Shown here: positions 16,810 through 27,756 of the stretch, piece by piece | How the letters are laid out: the number at the start of each line of letters is the position of its first letter | How positions within the stretch are numbered: position 1 is the first letter of the stretch | Source: Burkholderiales bacterium | GTDB taxonomy: Bacteria > Pseudomonadota > Gammaproteobacteria > Burkholderiales > SG8-41 | Length of the DNA stretch: 52,172 nt | Reading direction: 5' to 3' | Assembly: GCA_044867805.1 (NCBI GenBank) | Contig: JBIOVQ010000229.1 | Coordinates: 1 to 52,172 of the forward strand | Translations under genes and position numbers: made by a program | The notes under the pieces: generated by a model | Database searches by the model: none | Told to the model about the DNA's origin: nothing | What the model saw: the letters and a program-made list of their open reading frames with translations, nothing else

Positions 16810-17376
16810 ATGGCGAAAGTTCTGGCAACCGAAATCCGCCCCGGCAACCTCATCGAATGGGACAAGCGGGTCTGGCGCGTGCTCAAGTCGTATCACGTCC
16901 ATGTCGGCGGCCGCGGCGGCGCGTTCATGCAGGTCGAGATGAAGGACATCGAGTCCGGCACCAAGCGCAACGAGCGCATCCGCACCGAGGACAAGATCGA
17001 GCGGGCGCAGGTCGACCAGCGCGGGATGCAGTTCCTCTACAGCGACGGCAGCGGCTACATCTTCATGGACCAGGAAAGCTTCGAGCAGCTCACCCTCCCC
17101 GCGGAATTCCTCGAGGGCCAGGTGGGCTTTCTCGTCCCCAACACCGAGGTGCAGGTCAATTTTCACAACGACCGGCCGATCGGCGTGCAGCTGCCGCCGA
17201 CGGTGGTGCTTGCCGTCACCCGGACCGAGCCCAACCTCAAGAGCGCGACGGCGACCGCCTCGTTCAAGCCGGCGACGACCGAGACCGGGCTCACCGTGCA
17301 GGTGCCGCAGTTCGTGATGGAAGGCGAGCGGATCAAGGTCAAGACCGACACCGGCGAATACATCGAGCGCGCATGA
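16810..17376 (+). CDS. efp: Elongation factor P with atypical Arg-tipped loop
   Basis: MQFLYSDG, FMDQESFEQ, KPATTETG, IKVKTDTGEYIERA; loop HVHVGGRGGAF. Confidence 0.92.
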   Translation: MAKVLATEIRPGNLIEWDKRVWRVLKSYHVHVGGRGGAFMQVEMKDIESGTKRNERIRTEDKIERAQVDQRGMQFLYSDGSGYIFMDQESFEQLTLPAEFLEGQVGFLVPNTEVQVNFHNDRPIGVQLPPTVVLAVTRTEPNLKSATATASFKPATTETGLTVQVPQFVMEGERIKVKTDTGEYIERA

Positions 17377-17407
17377 CAGCCTGTTGCTGGCGCAGTCAGG
17401 CTGTCAT
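17373..17407. terminator. Hairpin overlapping efp stop
   Basis: ATGACAGCCTG...CAGGCTGTCAT 11-bp stem; no U-tract. Confidence 0.45.
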
Positions 17408-17489
17408 GAAGGAACCGGACAAGGTCAAACCGCCCGAGAGAAGTTCCATTCATCGATGGTGGAATCCGTAATCCCGAATTGAGATTCGG

Positions 17490-18434
17490 TCAGGAAATTC
17501 CGGACTCCGAGCCGGAATTTCCTCCCGGTCCGGAATTTCCTCGCCACAAGCGGATGATCGAGGTGCGCTCCCGCTGCGGCGGCTCCGGTTGCAGCGTCGC
17601 GTGGCTGATCCCGTAGTCGTCGCGCAGCATTCCGGCGGCTTCGGCAAGTATCCCCGGCCAGGTCCGCAGGTCCGCGATCTCCAGGTGCGCGGACAACGCA
17701 ACGCTGCCCTGGGCGATGCTCCACACGTGCAGGTCGTGCACCGCGACGACGCCCTTTACGGAAGCCAGCGAGCGGCCGATGGCGGCGAGCTCGATCGCGG
17801 GCGGCACGCCCTCCATCAGCACGTGCAGCGCATCGCGCAGCACCTGCTGCGTGCTTACCAGGATCAGCGCGGCGATGGCGAGCGACAGTATCGCGTCGAT
17901 GGGCGACCACCCGGTGAAGTGGATCACCACCCCCGCGAGCAGCGCCGTGAACGAGCTGGCCAGGTCCCCGACGACGTGGAGCAGCGCCGCGCGCGCGTTG
18001 AGATCGTGCCCGGCCCGGCCGAGCAGCAGGAGGCAGGCCCCGTTCACCAGCATGCCGAGCGCCGCGATGACGATCACCGCGCCGGCCGCGATATCACGCG
18101 GAGCGAGCAGCCGCGTGACCGCTTCGACGACCAGCATCACGACGATGGCGAGCATGAACAGGCTGTTCAGCAGCGCCCCGATCACCTCCGCCCGCTGCCA
18201 GCCATAGGAATGCGATCGTCCCGGCGGCCGCCGCGCGAGGGTCGCCGCCGCCGCGGCCACTCCGAGCGCTACAGCGTCGGAGAACATGTGCCCCGCGTCT
18301 CCCAGCAGCGCCAGCGAGCCCGACCACAGTCCCCCGGCCAGCTCCACGACCGCGTACGCCAGTGTCAGTCCCAGGGGCAGCAGATAGCGTGGCCCGGCAG
18401 GGCCGCGCGCATGGGTATGGGTGTGAGCGGCCAT
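17490..18434 (-). CDS. Cation diffusion facilitator (CzcD/ZitB-like)
   Basis: His-rich N-terminus, SLALLGDAGHMFSD, ALLHVVGD, HDLHVW, HATLQPE. Confidence 0.93.
   Translation of the reverse strand: MAAHTHTHARGPAGPRYLLPLGLTLAYAVVELAGGLWSGSLALLGDAGHMFSDAVALGVAAAAATLARRPPGRSHSYGWQRAEVIGALLNSLFMLAIVVMLVVEAVTRLLAPRDIAAGAVIVIAALGMLVNGACLLLLGRAGHDLNARAALLHVVGDLASSFTALLAGVVIHFTGWSPIDAILSLAIAALILVSTQQVLRDALHVLMEGVPPAIELAAIGRSLASVKGVVAVHDLHVWSIAQGSVALSAHLEIADLRTWPGILAEAAGMLRDDYGISHATLQPEPPQRERTSIIRLWRGNSGPGGNSGSESGIS
17492..17542. repeat. Inverted plus direct CCGGAATTTCCT repeat inside the CDF 3' end
   Basis: AGGAAATTCCGG (17492-17503) pairs with CCGGAATTTCCT (17512-17523); another copy at 17530-17541. 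Confidence 0.7.
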
Positions 18435-19498
18435 TACGCCAACGGCAGCTCGCCGTCCCGCCGACTGATGGCGGCGACCGAATCCAGCGCGCGCGCATAG
18501 CGGGCATCTTCGCGCAGCGCGTCCATGGACTGGGGCCGCTGCCGGCCATGCATGCGGGCAAGCCGCGCCAGGCTCACCGCCGGCATGGGGTGCCTGAGAC
18601 CCTCGAGCAGCTCGTCCGTCCCCTGCGGATTGTTGCAGATCAGCGCCATGTCGCAGCCGGCATCGAGCGCGGCCGTGGCGCGCTCGATTACGCCACCGGC
18701 CACCCCGGCGCCTTCCATGCTCAGATCGTCGCTGAATATCACGCCGCCAAAACCCAGCCTCTCCCGCAGCACCGTCTTCAGCCAGACCGGCGAGTACCCG
18801 GCGGGCCGCTCGTCGACCCTGGGAAAGACGACGTGGGCCGGCATGATGCCGCCGAGGCCCGCCTCGATCAACCGCCGGTACGGCGCGAGGTCGACCGCCT
18901 CGATCTCCTCGTAGCTGCGCTCGTCGACCGGGGACGCGTGGTGCGAATCGGCCAGCACGTGTCCGTGTCCGGGGAAATGCTTGCCCACGCCGGACATGCC
19001 GGCCTGCTTGAAGCCCTGCAGCAGCGCGCGCGCGAGATCCGCAATCGCCCGCGGATCGGAATGGAAGGCACGGTCCCCGATCACTTCGCTCATGCCGTGA
19101 TCCACGTCCAGTACCGGCGCCAGCGCGAGATCCACGCCGTGGGCGCGCAGCTCCGCCGCCAGCACGAACCCCAGGTCCCGCGCCAGGCGCAGCGCCTGCC
19201 GGGGGCTTTCATCCCACGACCTTCCGAGTTCGGCCATCGCGGGCAGCACCGTGAATCCGTCGCGAAAGCGCTGCACCCGTCCGCCCTCGTGGTCTACGGC
19301 GATAAGCAACGGAGGATTGCGGAGCGCGTGTACTTCGGCGGTCAGCGCCCGCAGCTGGCCCGGGTCGGCAAAATTGCGCGAAAACAGCACTACCCCGCCG
19401 GTGAGCGGATGCAGGAGGCGCCGGCGGTCGTCCGCGCCGAGCGCAGTGCCTGCCAGGTCGAGCATGACCGGGCCGAGGGAAAGCGCTTTCGCGCTCAT
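18434..19498 (-). CDS. nagZ: Beta-N-acetylhexosaminidase
   Basis: VDHEGGRVQRF, KHFPGHG, DSH, SDDLSM. Confidence 0.95.
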   Translation of the reverse strand: MSAKALSLGPVMLDLAGTALGADDRRRLLHPLTGGVVLFSRNFADPGQLRALTAEVHALRNPPLLIAVDHEGGRVQRFRDGFTVLPAMAELGRSWDESPRQALRLARDLGFVLAAELRAHGVDLALAPVLDVDHGMSEVIGDRAFHSDPRAIADLARALLQGFKQAGMSGVGKHFPGHGHVLADSHHASPVDERSYEEIEAVDLAPYRRLIEAGLGGIMPAHVVFPRVDERPAGYSPVWLKTVLRERLGFGGVIFSDDLSMEGAGVAGGVIERATAALDAGCDMALICNNPQGTDELLEGLRHPMPAVSLARLARMHGRQRPQSMDALREDARYARALDSVAAISRRDGELPLA

Positions 19499-19505
19499 TC
19501 CGGCC

Positions 19506-19886
19506 TCATTCCACCTCGAGAACGACGCAGGCGCAGGCCAGCGCGCGCTCGTCGCTGATGGTCAGGTGGTGCCTGACGATTCCGCGGCTCAGCAGGAGCT
19601 TTTCGAGGTTCGGATGAAAAGCGAACCCGGGCTTCCCCGCCTGGTTCTGGACCACGCTGATGCATTGCAGCGTCACCGGGTAGCGGAACCCGGTCCCCAT
19701 AGCCTTGGAAAAGGCCTCCTTGGAGGCAAAGCGGTTGGCCAGGTACAGCACCGGGCGAACGGTACGCTGGTATCCAGGCCACTCGATCGACGTCAGCACA
19801 CGCCGCGCGAAGCGCTCACCATATTTTTCCACCAGCCGCGCGATCCGCGACGGCTCCACCACGTCGATGCCGATGCCGTAGATCAT
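19506..19886 (-). CDS. acpS: Holo-ACP synthase
   Basis: [28 protein letters not shown]; ATGA overlap with pdxJ. Confidence 0.94.
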   Translation of the reverse strand: MIYGIGIDVVEPSRIARLVEKYGERFARRVLTSIEWPGYQRTVRPVLYLANRFASKEAFSKAMGTGFRYPVTLQCISVVQNQAGKPGFAFHPNLEKLLLSRGIVRHHLTISDERALACACVVLEVE

Positions 19887-20605
19887 GCCGGCCGTCCCAG
19901 CAGCTCCTTCATCTCGCGCACCGCCTGGGCGATACCGACGAAAACCGACCGCGCGATGATCGCGTGGCCGATGTTGAGCTCGCGCACATGGGCCAGCGCG
20001 GCGATGGGCCCGACGTTGCGGTAATTGAGCCCGTGCCCGGCATTGACGTGCAGGCCGTTTCCTGCCGCGCGCTCGGCGGCGGCGCGAAGCTTGTCGAGCT
20101 CCCGGTGCTGCCCCCTGGCGTCGCGCGCGTCGGCGTAGCTTCCGGTATGCAGCTCCACCACCGGCGCCCCGGCTTTCACGGCGGCGTCGACCTGGCGGGA
20201 ATCGGGATCGATGAAAAGCGATACGCGGATGCCCGCCTTGCGCAATTCCTGGCAGGCCTTTTCGACGCGCTTCAGATTGCGGGAGACGTCCAGCCCGCCT
20301 TCGGTGGTGAGCTCGGCGCGCCGCTCGGGAACCAGGCACACGTCGTGGGGCCGCACGCGCCGCGCGAATGCCAGCATCTCCGCGGTCACCGCGGACTCGA
20401 GGTTCATGCGTGTCTTGAGCGCCCTGCGGAGGGTCTCGACGTCCTTGTCCTGGATGTGCCGCCGGTCCTCGCGCAGGTGCAGCGTGATGTAGTCGGCCCC
20501 GGCCTCTTCCGCCGCCAGCGCTGCTTCCAGCGGGCTCGGGTAGTCGGTGCCGCGCGCCTGCCGCAGCGTCGCGACATGGTCGATGTTGACGCCGAGGAGG
20601 GTCAT
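19883..20605 (-). CDS. pdxJ: Pyridoxine 5'-phosphate synthase
   Basis: [44 protein letters not shown]. Confidence 0.96.
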   Translation of the reverse strand: MTLLGVNIDHVATLRQARGTDYPSPLEAALAAEEAGADYITLHLREDRRHIQDKDVETLRRALKTRMNLESAVTAEMLAFARRVRPHDVCLVPERRAELTTEGGLDVSRNLKRVEKACQELRKAGIRVSLFIDPDSRQVDAAVKAGAPVVELHTGSYADARDARGQHRELDKLRAAAERAAGNGLHVNAGHGLNYRNVGPIAALAHVRELNIGHAIIARSVFVGIAQAVREMKELLGRPA

Positions 20606-21345
20606 AGCTCTTGCAGGTCGCGCAGCAGCTGCCGGGTGTGCAGGACCTGGTCGCCGAGACAGTGGTTGATCAGCGTGCGCATGAGCAGCTTGCTCTGCTG
20701 CTGCGTGGCCGCATTCGCGAAATTGCCGGACTGCATGTCGAGCAGCGTCTGGCCGGACAATTCTACCCCGTTTGCGCGCGCGCCGGCCGCATGCACCGGG
20801 CCGCGCTCGACGACATAGACGTAGCTGCGCTCGCGCGCGACGGGCTCGCCCCGTTCCACGTCGCGGTCGAGTATCACGGCATAGCCCAGCTCGCGCAGCA
20901 GGCACATCTCGAAGCGCCGCAGGACCGCCGCCTGCCCGCCGTCCCGGGCCAGGGCGGCCAGCGTCTCCTCGTAGATCGCGAACAGACCCTCGTGCGGATC
21001 GTCGCGCGCCAGCAGCTTCAGCAGCAGCTCGTTGAGATAGAAGCCGCAGATCAATGCCTGCCCTTTGAGCGGACTGTAGGGGCCGCGCCACTCCGCACGG
21101 ATGAGGGTACGCAGTTCTCCGCGCCCGGCCCACGACAGGACGAGCGGCTGGAACGGAAGCAGCATTCCCCGCAGCGCCGATCTCGGCCTCCGGGCGCCGC
21201 GCGCCATCAGCGCGATCCTGCCGTGATCGCGGCTGTAGGCCTCGACGAGCAGGCTGGTCTCGCGATAGGGGTACGTATGCAGGACGAATGCGGATTGCCC
21301 GTCCTGCCGCGCCTTTCCCGGCGCTACGCTCGGCCGGTCTTTCAT
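20602..21345 (-). CDS. recO: DNA repair protein RecO
   Basis: [31 protein letters not shown]; position after era. Confidence 0.94.
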   Translation of the reverse strand: MKDRPSVAPGKARQDGQSAFVLHTYPYRETSLLVEAYSRDHGRIALMARGARRPRSALRGMLLPFQPLVLSWAGRGELRTLIRAEWRGPYSPLKGQALICGFYLNELLLKLLARDDPHEGLFAIYEETLAALARDGGQAAVLRRFEMCLLRELGYAVILDRDVERGEPVARERSYVYVVERGPVHAAGARANGVELSGQTLLDMQSGNFANAATQQQSKLLMRTLINHCLGDQVLHTRQLLRDLQEL

Positions 21346-22256
21346 TGCTCCTCGCCCAGACGCTTCAGCACCGCCGCGCTGTCCGCCCATCCCTTCCTGA
21401 CCTTGACCCACACCTCGAGAAATACCTTGCCGCCGAACAGGGACTCCATGTCCCGGCGCGCACGGCTGGCGATGGATTTGAGGGTCTTGCCTCCCTTGCC
21501 GATCACGATCGGCTTCTGCCCTTCCTTGTCCACCACGATGGACGCATGGATCCGGCGCAGCGCGCCTTCCTGCTTGAACCGGTCGATCTCGATCATCGTG
21601 GCGTATGGCAGCTCGTCGCCGAGCGAACGAATGACCTTTTCCCTGAGCAGCTCGCCCGCGAGCACCCGCTCATGGACCGTGGTGATGTCGTCCACGCCGT
21701 GCTGGGGATGGCCCTCCGGCAGCAGGGCCGCCAAGGCGTCGAGCAGCTCGCCGGTCTGCCAACCCTTGGTCGCCGACACCGGCACGATCGCCGCGAACTC
21801 GCGCGTTTCGGACAGCCGGGCAATGAACGGAAGAAGGCGTTTGCGGTCCTTGATCGCGTCAGTCTTGTTGATGGCCAGGACTACCGGGATTCCCGGCGGC
21901 AGCAGCCCGCCTACGGCCCCGTCGCGGCCGTCAAAGCGCAGCGCCTCCACGACCCATACTGCGGCATCCACCCCTTCCAGGCTCGCGGCAACGCTGCGGT
22001 TCATCGCGCGGTTCAGGGCGGACGGGTGCTCGGTCTGGTAGCCCGGCGTATCGACGAACACGATCTGCGCCGCCCGGTGCGTCACGATGCCGGTCATGCG
22101 CCGGCGCGTGGTCTGGGGCTTGCTGGAGGTGATGCTGACCTTGGCTCCGACCAGGCGGTTGAGGAGCGTGGACTTGCCGACGTTGGGGCGCCCGACGATC
22201 GCGACGCGGCCGGCGCGGTGCGCGGGGGCCGCGTCAGGCGCGCGTTGCGAGCTCAT
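21342..22256 (-). CDS. era: GTPase Era
   Basis: [27 protein letters not shown] domain VIGKGG. Confidence 0.96.
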   Translation of the reverse strand: MSSQRAPDAAPAHRAGRVAIVGRPNVGKSTLLNRLVGAKVSITSSKPQTTRRRMTGIVTHRAAQIVFVDTPGYQTEHPSALNRAMNRSVAASLEGVDAAVWVVEALRFDGRDGAVGGLLPPGIPVVLAINKTDAIKDRKRLLPFIARLSETREFAAIVPVSATKGWQTGELLDALAALLPEGHPQHGVDDITTVHERVLAGELLREKVIRSLGDELPYATMIEIDRFKQEGALRRIHASIVVDKEGQKPIVIGKGGKTLKSIASRARRDMESLFGGKVFLEVWVKVRKGWADSAAVLKRLGEEQ

Positions 22257-22908
22257 ACGCCTGGCGCGCCGCCTCCTGCTCGGCGCTGCGGCGGCTTGCG
22301 CCCTCCCCCCGCGATCGTATGTTGAGCTCCGGAATCACGCATTCGACCTGGAAATGCTGCTCGTGCGCCTCGCCCCGCGTCGCGACGACGGCATAGTGCG
22401 GCAGCGCGAGCCGCCGCGCCTGCAAGTACTCCTGCAGCATCGTCTTCGGGTCCTTGCCTGAGACCGCCGGGTCGATGGAGCCGAGCGCCTCTCCCAGCAG
22501 CGTGCGCACTACGCGGCGCGCCGCGTCGAAGCCGCCATCCAGGAAAGCGGCGCCCACCACCGCTTCCACCGCGTCGGCCAGCATGGACGGCCGCCGCGCC
22601 CCGCCGCTCTTCTGCTCGCCCTCTCCCAGCAGCAGCCGCTCTCCCAGGGCAAACAGCTGGGCGCTGGCGGCGAGCGATTGCTGGTTGACGAGGTGCGCCC
22701 GGAGCCGCGACAGCTCGCCCTCCGGAAGCCGGGGAAACTTATGGTAGAGCTCGAGCGCGACCACGCAGTTGAGGACGCTGTCGCCGAGGTACTCGAGGCG
22801 CTCGTTATGGGACGCGCCGTGGCTGCGGTGGGTCAGCGCGCGACGCAGCAGGTCCGGGTCGGCAAACCGATGACCGATGCTGAGGCCGAAATCCGCTGGC
22901 TCCATCAA
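22234..22908 (-). CDS. rnc: Ribonuclease III
   Basis: [25 protein letters not shown], ds[11 protein letters not shown]. Confidence 0.96.
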   Translation of the reverse strand: MMEPADFGLSIGHRFADPDLLRRALTHRSHGASHNERLEYLGDSVLNCVVALELYHKFPRLPEGELSRLRAHLVNQQSLAASAQLFALGERLLLGEGEQKSGGARRPSMLADAVEAVVGAAFLDGGFDAARRVVRTLLGEALGSIDPAVSGKDPKTMLQEYLQARRLALPHYAVVATRGEAHEQHFQVECVIPELNIRSRGEGASRRSAEQEAARQAYELATRA

Positions 22909-22932
22909 CCGGCCGGTCGCCGCAGCCCGGGC

Positions 22933-23292
22933 CTACCTCGCGGCGGAAGTCGGGGTGAAGTCCATGCAGACCCGGATATTGAGGACCAGCGGAACGCAGA
23001 CGCTGTACTCGGCGCTGAGCACCACCCGGTCGCCTTCCTTGGCGATCTGGATGTCTTTTCCGCTGATCGAGCTGATGTTCTCGATAGCCGAGCGCCGGCT
23101 GAACAAGTCCTCGATGACGCGCCGCACCCCCTGGCGTCCCTCCGGGTCATTGGCAATGGCCTTGAACTGCGCCTGGATCGTCAGAAACTCCATGTAAGGC
23201 GGCAAGAGCTTGAAAGCGACCAGGGCGACGATGACGGCAACGACTGCCCATACCAGGAACCCTGACAAGGTGATGCCCCGCTGTTTTCGCAT
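22933..23292 (-). CDS. DUF4845 family protein
   Basis: KQRGITL pilin-like N-terminus plus TM; conserved lepB-DUF4845-rnc position. Confidence 0.85.
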   Translation of the reverse strand: MRKQRGITLSGFLVWAVVAVIVALVAFKLLPPYMEFLTIQAQFKAIANDPEGRQGVRRVIEDLFSRRSAIENISSISGKDIQIAKEGDRVVLSAEYSVCVPLVLNIRVCMDFTPTSAAR

Positions 23293-23304
23293 GACCCGCC
23301 CCTC

Positions 23305-24108
23305 TCAGTTGATGAACTGCCCTATGCGTCTCAGGTTGTCGAAGTTCCACCAGATGAGAAACGCCTTACCCACGATGTTGGCATCGGGCACGAATCCCCA
23401 GTAGCGGCTGTCGCTGCTGCTGTCCCTGTTGTCTCCCATCAGGAAATAGTGGCCGGCCGGAACAGTGCAGTGGAAGCCCGCATCATTGTAGGCACAATTG
23501 TCGCGGAAGGGAAACGATCGCACGCCGGACAAATGCACGCTGGGCACTCCCGACTGGACCAGAATGGCGTGCCGGTGCTCTCCCAGCACCTCGGTCAATC
23601 GCTCCGCTGAAACATAGTTCATGCCGGACTCGACGTAGCCGAAGGGGCCGTTCGACGTGGCCTTGATCTCCTCGTCATTGATCCACAGCCGCTTGTTGCG
23701 GTACGCAACCCGGTCGCCGGGCAGACCCACGACACGCTTGATGTAATCGAGGGACGGGTTCTCGGGGTAGCGGAACACCATCACTTCACCGCGCTGCGGA
23801 TGCCCCACGTCGGCGATCTTGAGATTCAAGATAGGCAGGCGTACGCCGTAGGTGAACTTGTTCACCAGTATGAAATCGCCCACCAGCAGCGTGGGGAGCA
23901 TCGATCCCGACGGGATCTTGAACGGCTCGACCAGGAACGAGCGCAGCAGGAATACGACCAGGATGACCGGGAAAAAGCTCTTGGGATACTCCACCCACCA
24001 TGGCTCGGGCTGGTCCTCGCGGCGCCTGTGGCGCAGCCAGAAGTGATCCACCAGCCAAACCGCGCCGGTCGCGGTCAGCAGCAGGAAGAGAATCAGGGCG
24101 AAGTTCAT
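23305..24108 (-). CDS. lepB: Signal peptidase I
   Basis: EPFKIPSGSMLPTL, YIKRVVGLPGD, GDNRDSSSDSRYWG. Confidence 0.96.
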   Translation of the reverse strand: MNFALILFLLLTATGAVWLVDHFWLRHRRREDQPEPWWVEYPKSFFPVILVVFLLRSFLVEPFKIPSGSMLPTLLVGDFILVNKFTYGVRLPILNLKIADVGHPQRGEVMVFRYPENPSLDYIKRVVGLPGDRVAYRNKRLWINDEEIKATSNGPFGYVESGMNYVSAERLTEVLGEHRHAILVQSGVPSVHLSGVRSFPFRDNCAYNDAGFHCTVPAGHYFLMGDNRDSSSDSRYWGFVPDANIVGKAFLIWWNFDNLRRIGQFIN

Positions 24109-24117
24109 GCGATAGCC

Positions 24118-24195
24118 GTGAGCGGTGAGCGGTGAGCGGTGAGCGGAACAAGCCGTAATGGCCGACCGCTTGCTGCTGACCGCTTACTGCTGACC
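24118..24195. repeat. Heptamer tandem repeats in inverted arrangement
   Basis: (GTGAGCG)x4 at 24118-24145, then complementary-type CCGACCG-CTTGCTG-CTGACCG-CTTACTG-CTGACC at 24162-24195. Confidence 0.85.
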
Positions 24196-24196
24196 A

Positions 24197-25987
24197 TTAT
24201 TTCTCCACTTGCAGGATGGCGCGAAACGCTTCCTGGGGAATTTCCACGCTCCCCACCTGCTTCATCCGCTTCTTGCCGGCTTTCTGCTTTTCCAGGAGCT
24301 TGCGCTTGCGCGTGATGTCCCCGCCGTAGCACTTGGCCAGCACGTTCTTACGCATCGCTTTCACCGTCTCGCGCGCAATGATGTGCGAGCCGATGGCTGC
24401 CTGCACTGCCACGTCGAACATCTGCCGCGGGATGATTTCCCGCATCTTGACCGCCAGCTCGCGGCCCCGGTGCTGGGAATTTTCGCGGTGAATGATAAGC
24501 GACAGCGCGTCCACCCGCTCGCCGTTGATCAGGACGTCGAGGCGGACGAGGTCCCCCGCGCGATATTCCAGGAATTCGTAGTCGAGCGACGCATAACCGC
24601 GCGAGACCGACTTCAGCTTGTCGAAGAAATCCATGACCACTTCGCTGAGCGGCAGCTCGTAAGTCAGCACCGCCTGCCGCCCCACGTATTGCAGGTCGCG
24701 TTGAGCGCCGCGTTTCTGGTTGCACAGGGTGATGACGGGGCCGACGTAGTCGTGCGGCACCAGGATCGAGGCGGTGATAATGGGCTCGCGTATCTCTTCG
24801 ATGCTGCCGGGGTCGGGCAACCGGGAGGGGTTCTCGATCTCGGAAATCTTGCCGTCCCGCGTCAGCACCTGGTAGACCACGGTGGGGGCGGTCGTGATCA
24901 GGTTCATCCCGTATTCGCGCTCGAGGCGCTCTTGCACGATATCGAGATGCAGCAGGCCGAGAAAGCCGCAGCGGAAGCCGAAGCCCAGCGCCTGCGATGA
25001 TTCCGGCTCGAAACGCAACGAGGAGTCGTTCAGGTGCAGCTTTTCCAGCGCCTCGCGCAACGCGCCGTACTCGCCCGGGTCCACCGGATAGAGCCCGGCG
25101 AAGACCTGCGGCTTGATTTCCTTGAACCCGGGCAGCGGCTGCGCGGCCGGGCGCGTCGCCAGGGTCAGGGTGTCGCCCACGCGCGCGGCCTGGATCTCCT
25201 TGATGCCGGCGGTGACGAAGCCGACTTCGCCGGCCGCGAGCTGGTCCTTGTTCCGCGCCTTGGGGGTGAACACGCCCACCTGCTCGCACAGGTAGGAGGC
25301 GCCGGTGGACATGAGCAGGATCTTGTCCTTGGGCTTGAGCTGCCCGTCCACCACCCGCAGCAGCATCACCACGCCGACATAGTTGTCGAACCACGAATCG
25401 ATGATCAGCGCCTTCAGCGGCCCGGCGGGATCGCCGGCCGGCGGCGGGATGCGCGCGATCACGGACTCGAGGATGTCGACGATGCCGTCGCCGGTCTTGG
25501 CGCTGACCCGCAGCGCATCCTTCGCCGGTATGCCGATGATGTCCTCGATCTCCCCGATCACGCGCTCCGGGTCGGCCTGGGGCAGGTCCATCTTGTTGAG
25601 GATCGGGATTACCTCCACCCCCTGCTCGGTGGCGGTATAGCAGTTGGCCACCGTCTGGGCCTCGACGCCCTGCGAGGCGTCCACGACCAGGAGCGCGCCC
25701 TCGCAGGCCGCCAGCGAGCGGGATACCTCGTAGGAAAAATCCACGTGGCCGGGCGTATCGATGAGATTCAGCAGGTACTGGGCGCCGTCCCGCGCCCGGT
25801 AAGCCAGCGCCGCGGTCTGCGCCTTGATAGTGATGCCGCGCTCGCGCTCGAGATCCATCGAATCGAGGACCTGCTCCTCCATCTCGCGCTCGGCCAGGCC
25901 CCCGCAAAGCTGTATGAAGCGGTCGGCGAGCGTGGACTTGCCGTGGTCGATATGGGCGATGATGGAGAAGTTGCGGATATGCTGCAT
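24197..25987 (-). CDS. lepA: Elongation factor 4 (LepA)
   Basis: [49 protein letters not shown]; alternative start 25999. Confidence 0.97.
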   Translation of the reverse strand: MQHIRNFSIIAHIDHGKSTLADRFIQLCGGLAEREMEEQVLDSMDLERERGITIKAQTAALAYRARDGAQYLLNLIDTPGHVDFSYEVSRSLAACEGALLVVDASQGVEAQTVANCYTATEQGVEVIPILNKMDLPQADPERVIGEIEDIIGIPAKDALRVSAKTGDGIVDILESVIARIPPPAGDPAGPLKALIIDSWFDNYVGVVMLLRVVDGQLKPKDKILLMSTGASYLCEQVGVFTPKARNKDQLAAGEVGFVTAGIKEIQAARVGDTLTLATRPAAQPLPGFKEIKPQVFAGLYPVDPGEYGALREALEKLHLNDSSLRFEPESSQALGFGFRCGFLGLLHLDIVQERLEREYGMNLITTAPTVVYQVLTRDGKISEIENPSRLPDPGSIEEIREPIITASILVPHDYVGPVITLCNQKRGAQRDLQYVGRQAVLTYELPLSEVVMDFFDKLKSVSRGYASLDYEFLEYRAGDLVRLDVLINGERVDALSLIIHRENSQHRGRELAVKMREIIPRQMFDVAVQAAIGSHIIARETVKAMRKNVLAKCYGGDITRKRKLLEKQKAGKKRMKQVGSVEIPQEAFRAILQVEK

Positions 25988-26046
25988 GGAAAAGGGCACC
26001 CGTCAGTGCCCTTCCCTTCACCTAAAGCCGCGCATTTTAACGGAAA

Positions 26047-26307
26047 TCAGGGCATCTTACCTAGAAATTCCGTCACAGCGGCGCGGTCAAGGAAATGGCA
26101 GCAGAGCTCGCGCTCCCGGTGCGTGAGCACCGGCACGCTCGCGCCGTAGCGCCGCGTCAGCTCAGGGTCGCCATCCACGTCCACTATCCTCAGCTCGAAA
26201 CGAAAGCGGGCTTGCAACTCTCGCAAGCCCGCGATCATTTCCTCACAAAGATGGCAATTATTGCGGCTATAGACGGTCAGCCTCTTCCGCCCGGGCTTAC
26301 CCGACAT
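26047..26307 (-). CDS. Glutaredoxin-like protein (DUF836 type)
   Basis: YSRNNCHLC, VDVDGDPEL, VPVL. Confidence 0.85.
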   Translation of the reverse strand: MSGKPGRKRLTVYSRNNCHLCEEMIAGLRELQARFRFELRIVDVDGDPELTRRYGASVPVLTHRERELCCHFLDRAAVTEFLGKMP

Positions 26308-27703
26308 CGACGCGGAACGGGATGTAGAGCGAGTTCGTGCCCCGCCGGACGAGCAGCGCCACGATGCGCCCCTTGTCGAACTGTCCCATCATCTGGTTGA
26401 ACTGCTCGATGGTCTTCACGTCCTGGTTGTTGACCGCCAGTATGACGTCGCCGCGGCGGATGCCCGCGCGCGCCGCCGCGCCCTGCGCCTGCACGTTCTC
26501 GACGAGCACGCCGCCGTTGATCTTGAGCTCGCTTCGCTGCGCCTCGGAGAGCTCCGACAGCGTCAGGCCATGCTGGCTGAATGCCGTCGCCGGCGGCTTG
26601 CCGCCGCCGCGTCGCGCCTGCCGCGCCGCCCTCTCGTCCGGCATCTCGGCGACCACTACCTGCACGTCGCGCGCGCCCTTGTTGCGCCAGATCTGCATGT
26701 TCACTTTCGCGCCTGGCCGCGTGCCGCCCACGATGCGCGGCAGGTCCTCGGACGCCCCCACCGGCTTGCCGTCGAAGCGCAGGATGACGTCACCGGGCTC
26801 GACGCCGGCCTTGTCCGCCGGCCCGCCTTTTTCCACCGAATTCACCAGCGCGCCCTGCGGTCGCGACAGCCCGAATCCGTCCGCGAGCTCCTTGGAGACC
26901 GGCTGGATCACGACGCCGATCCTGCCGCGCGTTACCCTGCCGACCGTGCGCAGCTGGTTGGCGATATCGTTGGCGACATCGATCGGTATCGCGAACGACA
27001 GCCCCATGAAGCCGCCGGTGCGGCTGTAGATCTGGGAATTGATGCCGACCACCTCTCCCTTCAGATTGAACAGCGGACCGCCGGAATTGCCGGGATTGAC
27101 AGCCACGTCGGTCTGGATGAAAGGAACGTAGTTCTCCTGCGGCAGGGACCGCCCCTTGGCGCTGACGATGCCCGCGGTCACGGTATTCTCGAAACCGAAG
27201 GGCGAGCCGATCGCCAGCACCCATTCCCCGACCCTGAGCTTGCTCGGGTCGCCGAATCTGACCACCGGCAGGCTGCCGGCCTCGATCTTGATGAGCGCGA
27301 TATCGGTGCGGCGGTCGGAGCCGATGACCTTGGCCTTGTACTCGCGCTTGTCGGTGAGCTTCACCGTGATCTCGTCGGCTGCCTCGACCACGTGTGCATT
27401 GGTCAATATGTAGCCGTCCTGGCTGATGATGAAGCCGGATCCCAGTGACTGGGACTGGAATTCGCGCGGCGCCCCGGGCCCGGGCTGGGGAATGAAGCGC
27501 CGGAAGAACTCGTAGAACGGGTCGTCTTCCTGCAGGTTCGGCATCTGCGGCAGCAGCGGATTGCGCACCGATTGCGTGGTGCTGATGTTGACGACCGCCG
27601 GCCCCTGCCTCTCCACCAGATCGGTGAAATCGGGCAGCTGGGCTGCGTCGGCCAGCGGTACGGCAAGCAGAAACAACAGGAGAATGCGCTTGAACATGAG
27701 CAT
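26297..27703 (-). CDS. DegP/DegQ (MucD-like) periplasmic serine protease with two PDZ domains
   Basis: Signal peptide, LPDFTDLVE, TNAHVV, DIAL, NPGNSGGPL. Confidence 0.95.
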   Translation of the reverse strand: MLMFKRILLLFLLAVPLADAAQLPDFTDLVERQGPAVVNISTTQSVRNPLLPQMPNLQEDDPFYEFFRRFIPQPGPGAPREFQSQSLGSGFIISQDGYILTNAHVVEAADEITVKLTDKREYKAKVIGSDRRTDIALIKIEAGSLPVVRFGDPSKLRVGEWVLAIGSPFGFENTVTAGIVSAKGRSLPQENYVPFIQTDVAVNPGNSGGPLFNLKGEVVGINSQIYSRTGGFMGLSFAIPIDVANDIANQLRTVGRVTRGRIGVVIQPVSKELADGFGLSRPQGALVNSVEKGGPADKAGVEPGDVILRFDGKPVGASEDLPRIVGGTRPGAKVNMQIWRNKGARDVQVVVAEMPDERAARQARRGGGKPPATAFSQHGLTLSELSEAQRSELKINGGVLVENVQAQGAAARAGIRRGDVILAVNNQDVKTIEQFNQMMGQFDKGRIVALLVRRGTNSLYIPFRVDVG

Positions 27704-27756
27704 ATTCGCGAAGAGACTGGTCGTTTGATATCGGTTGAGACCCACAGCGCCTGCCC

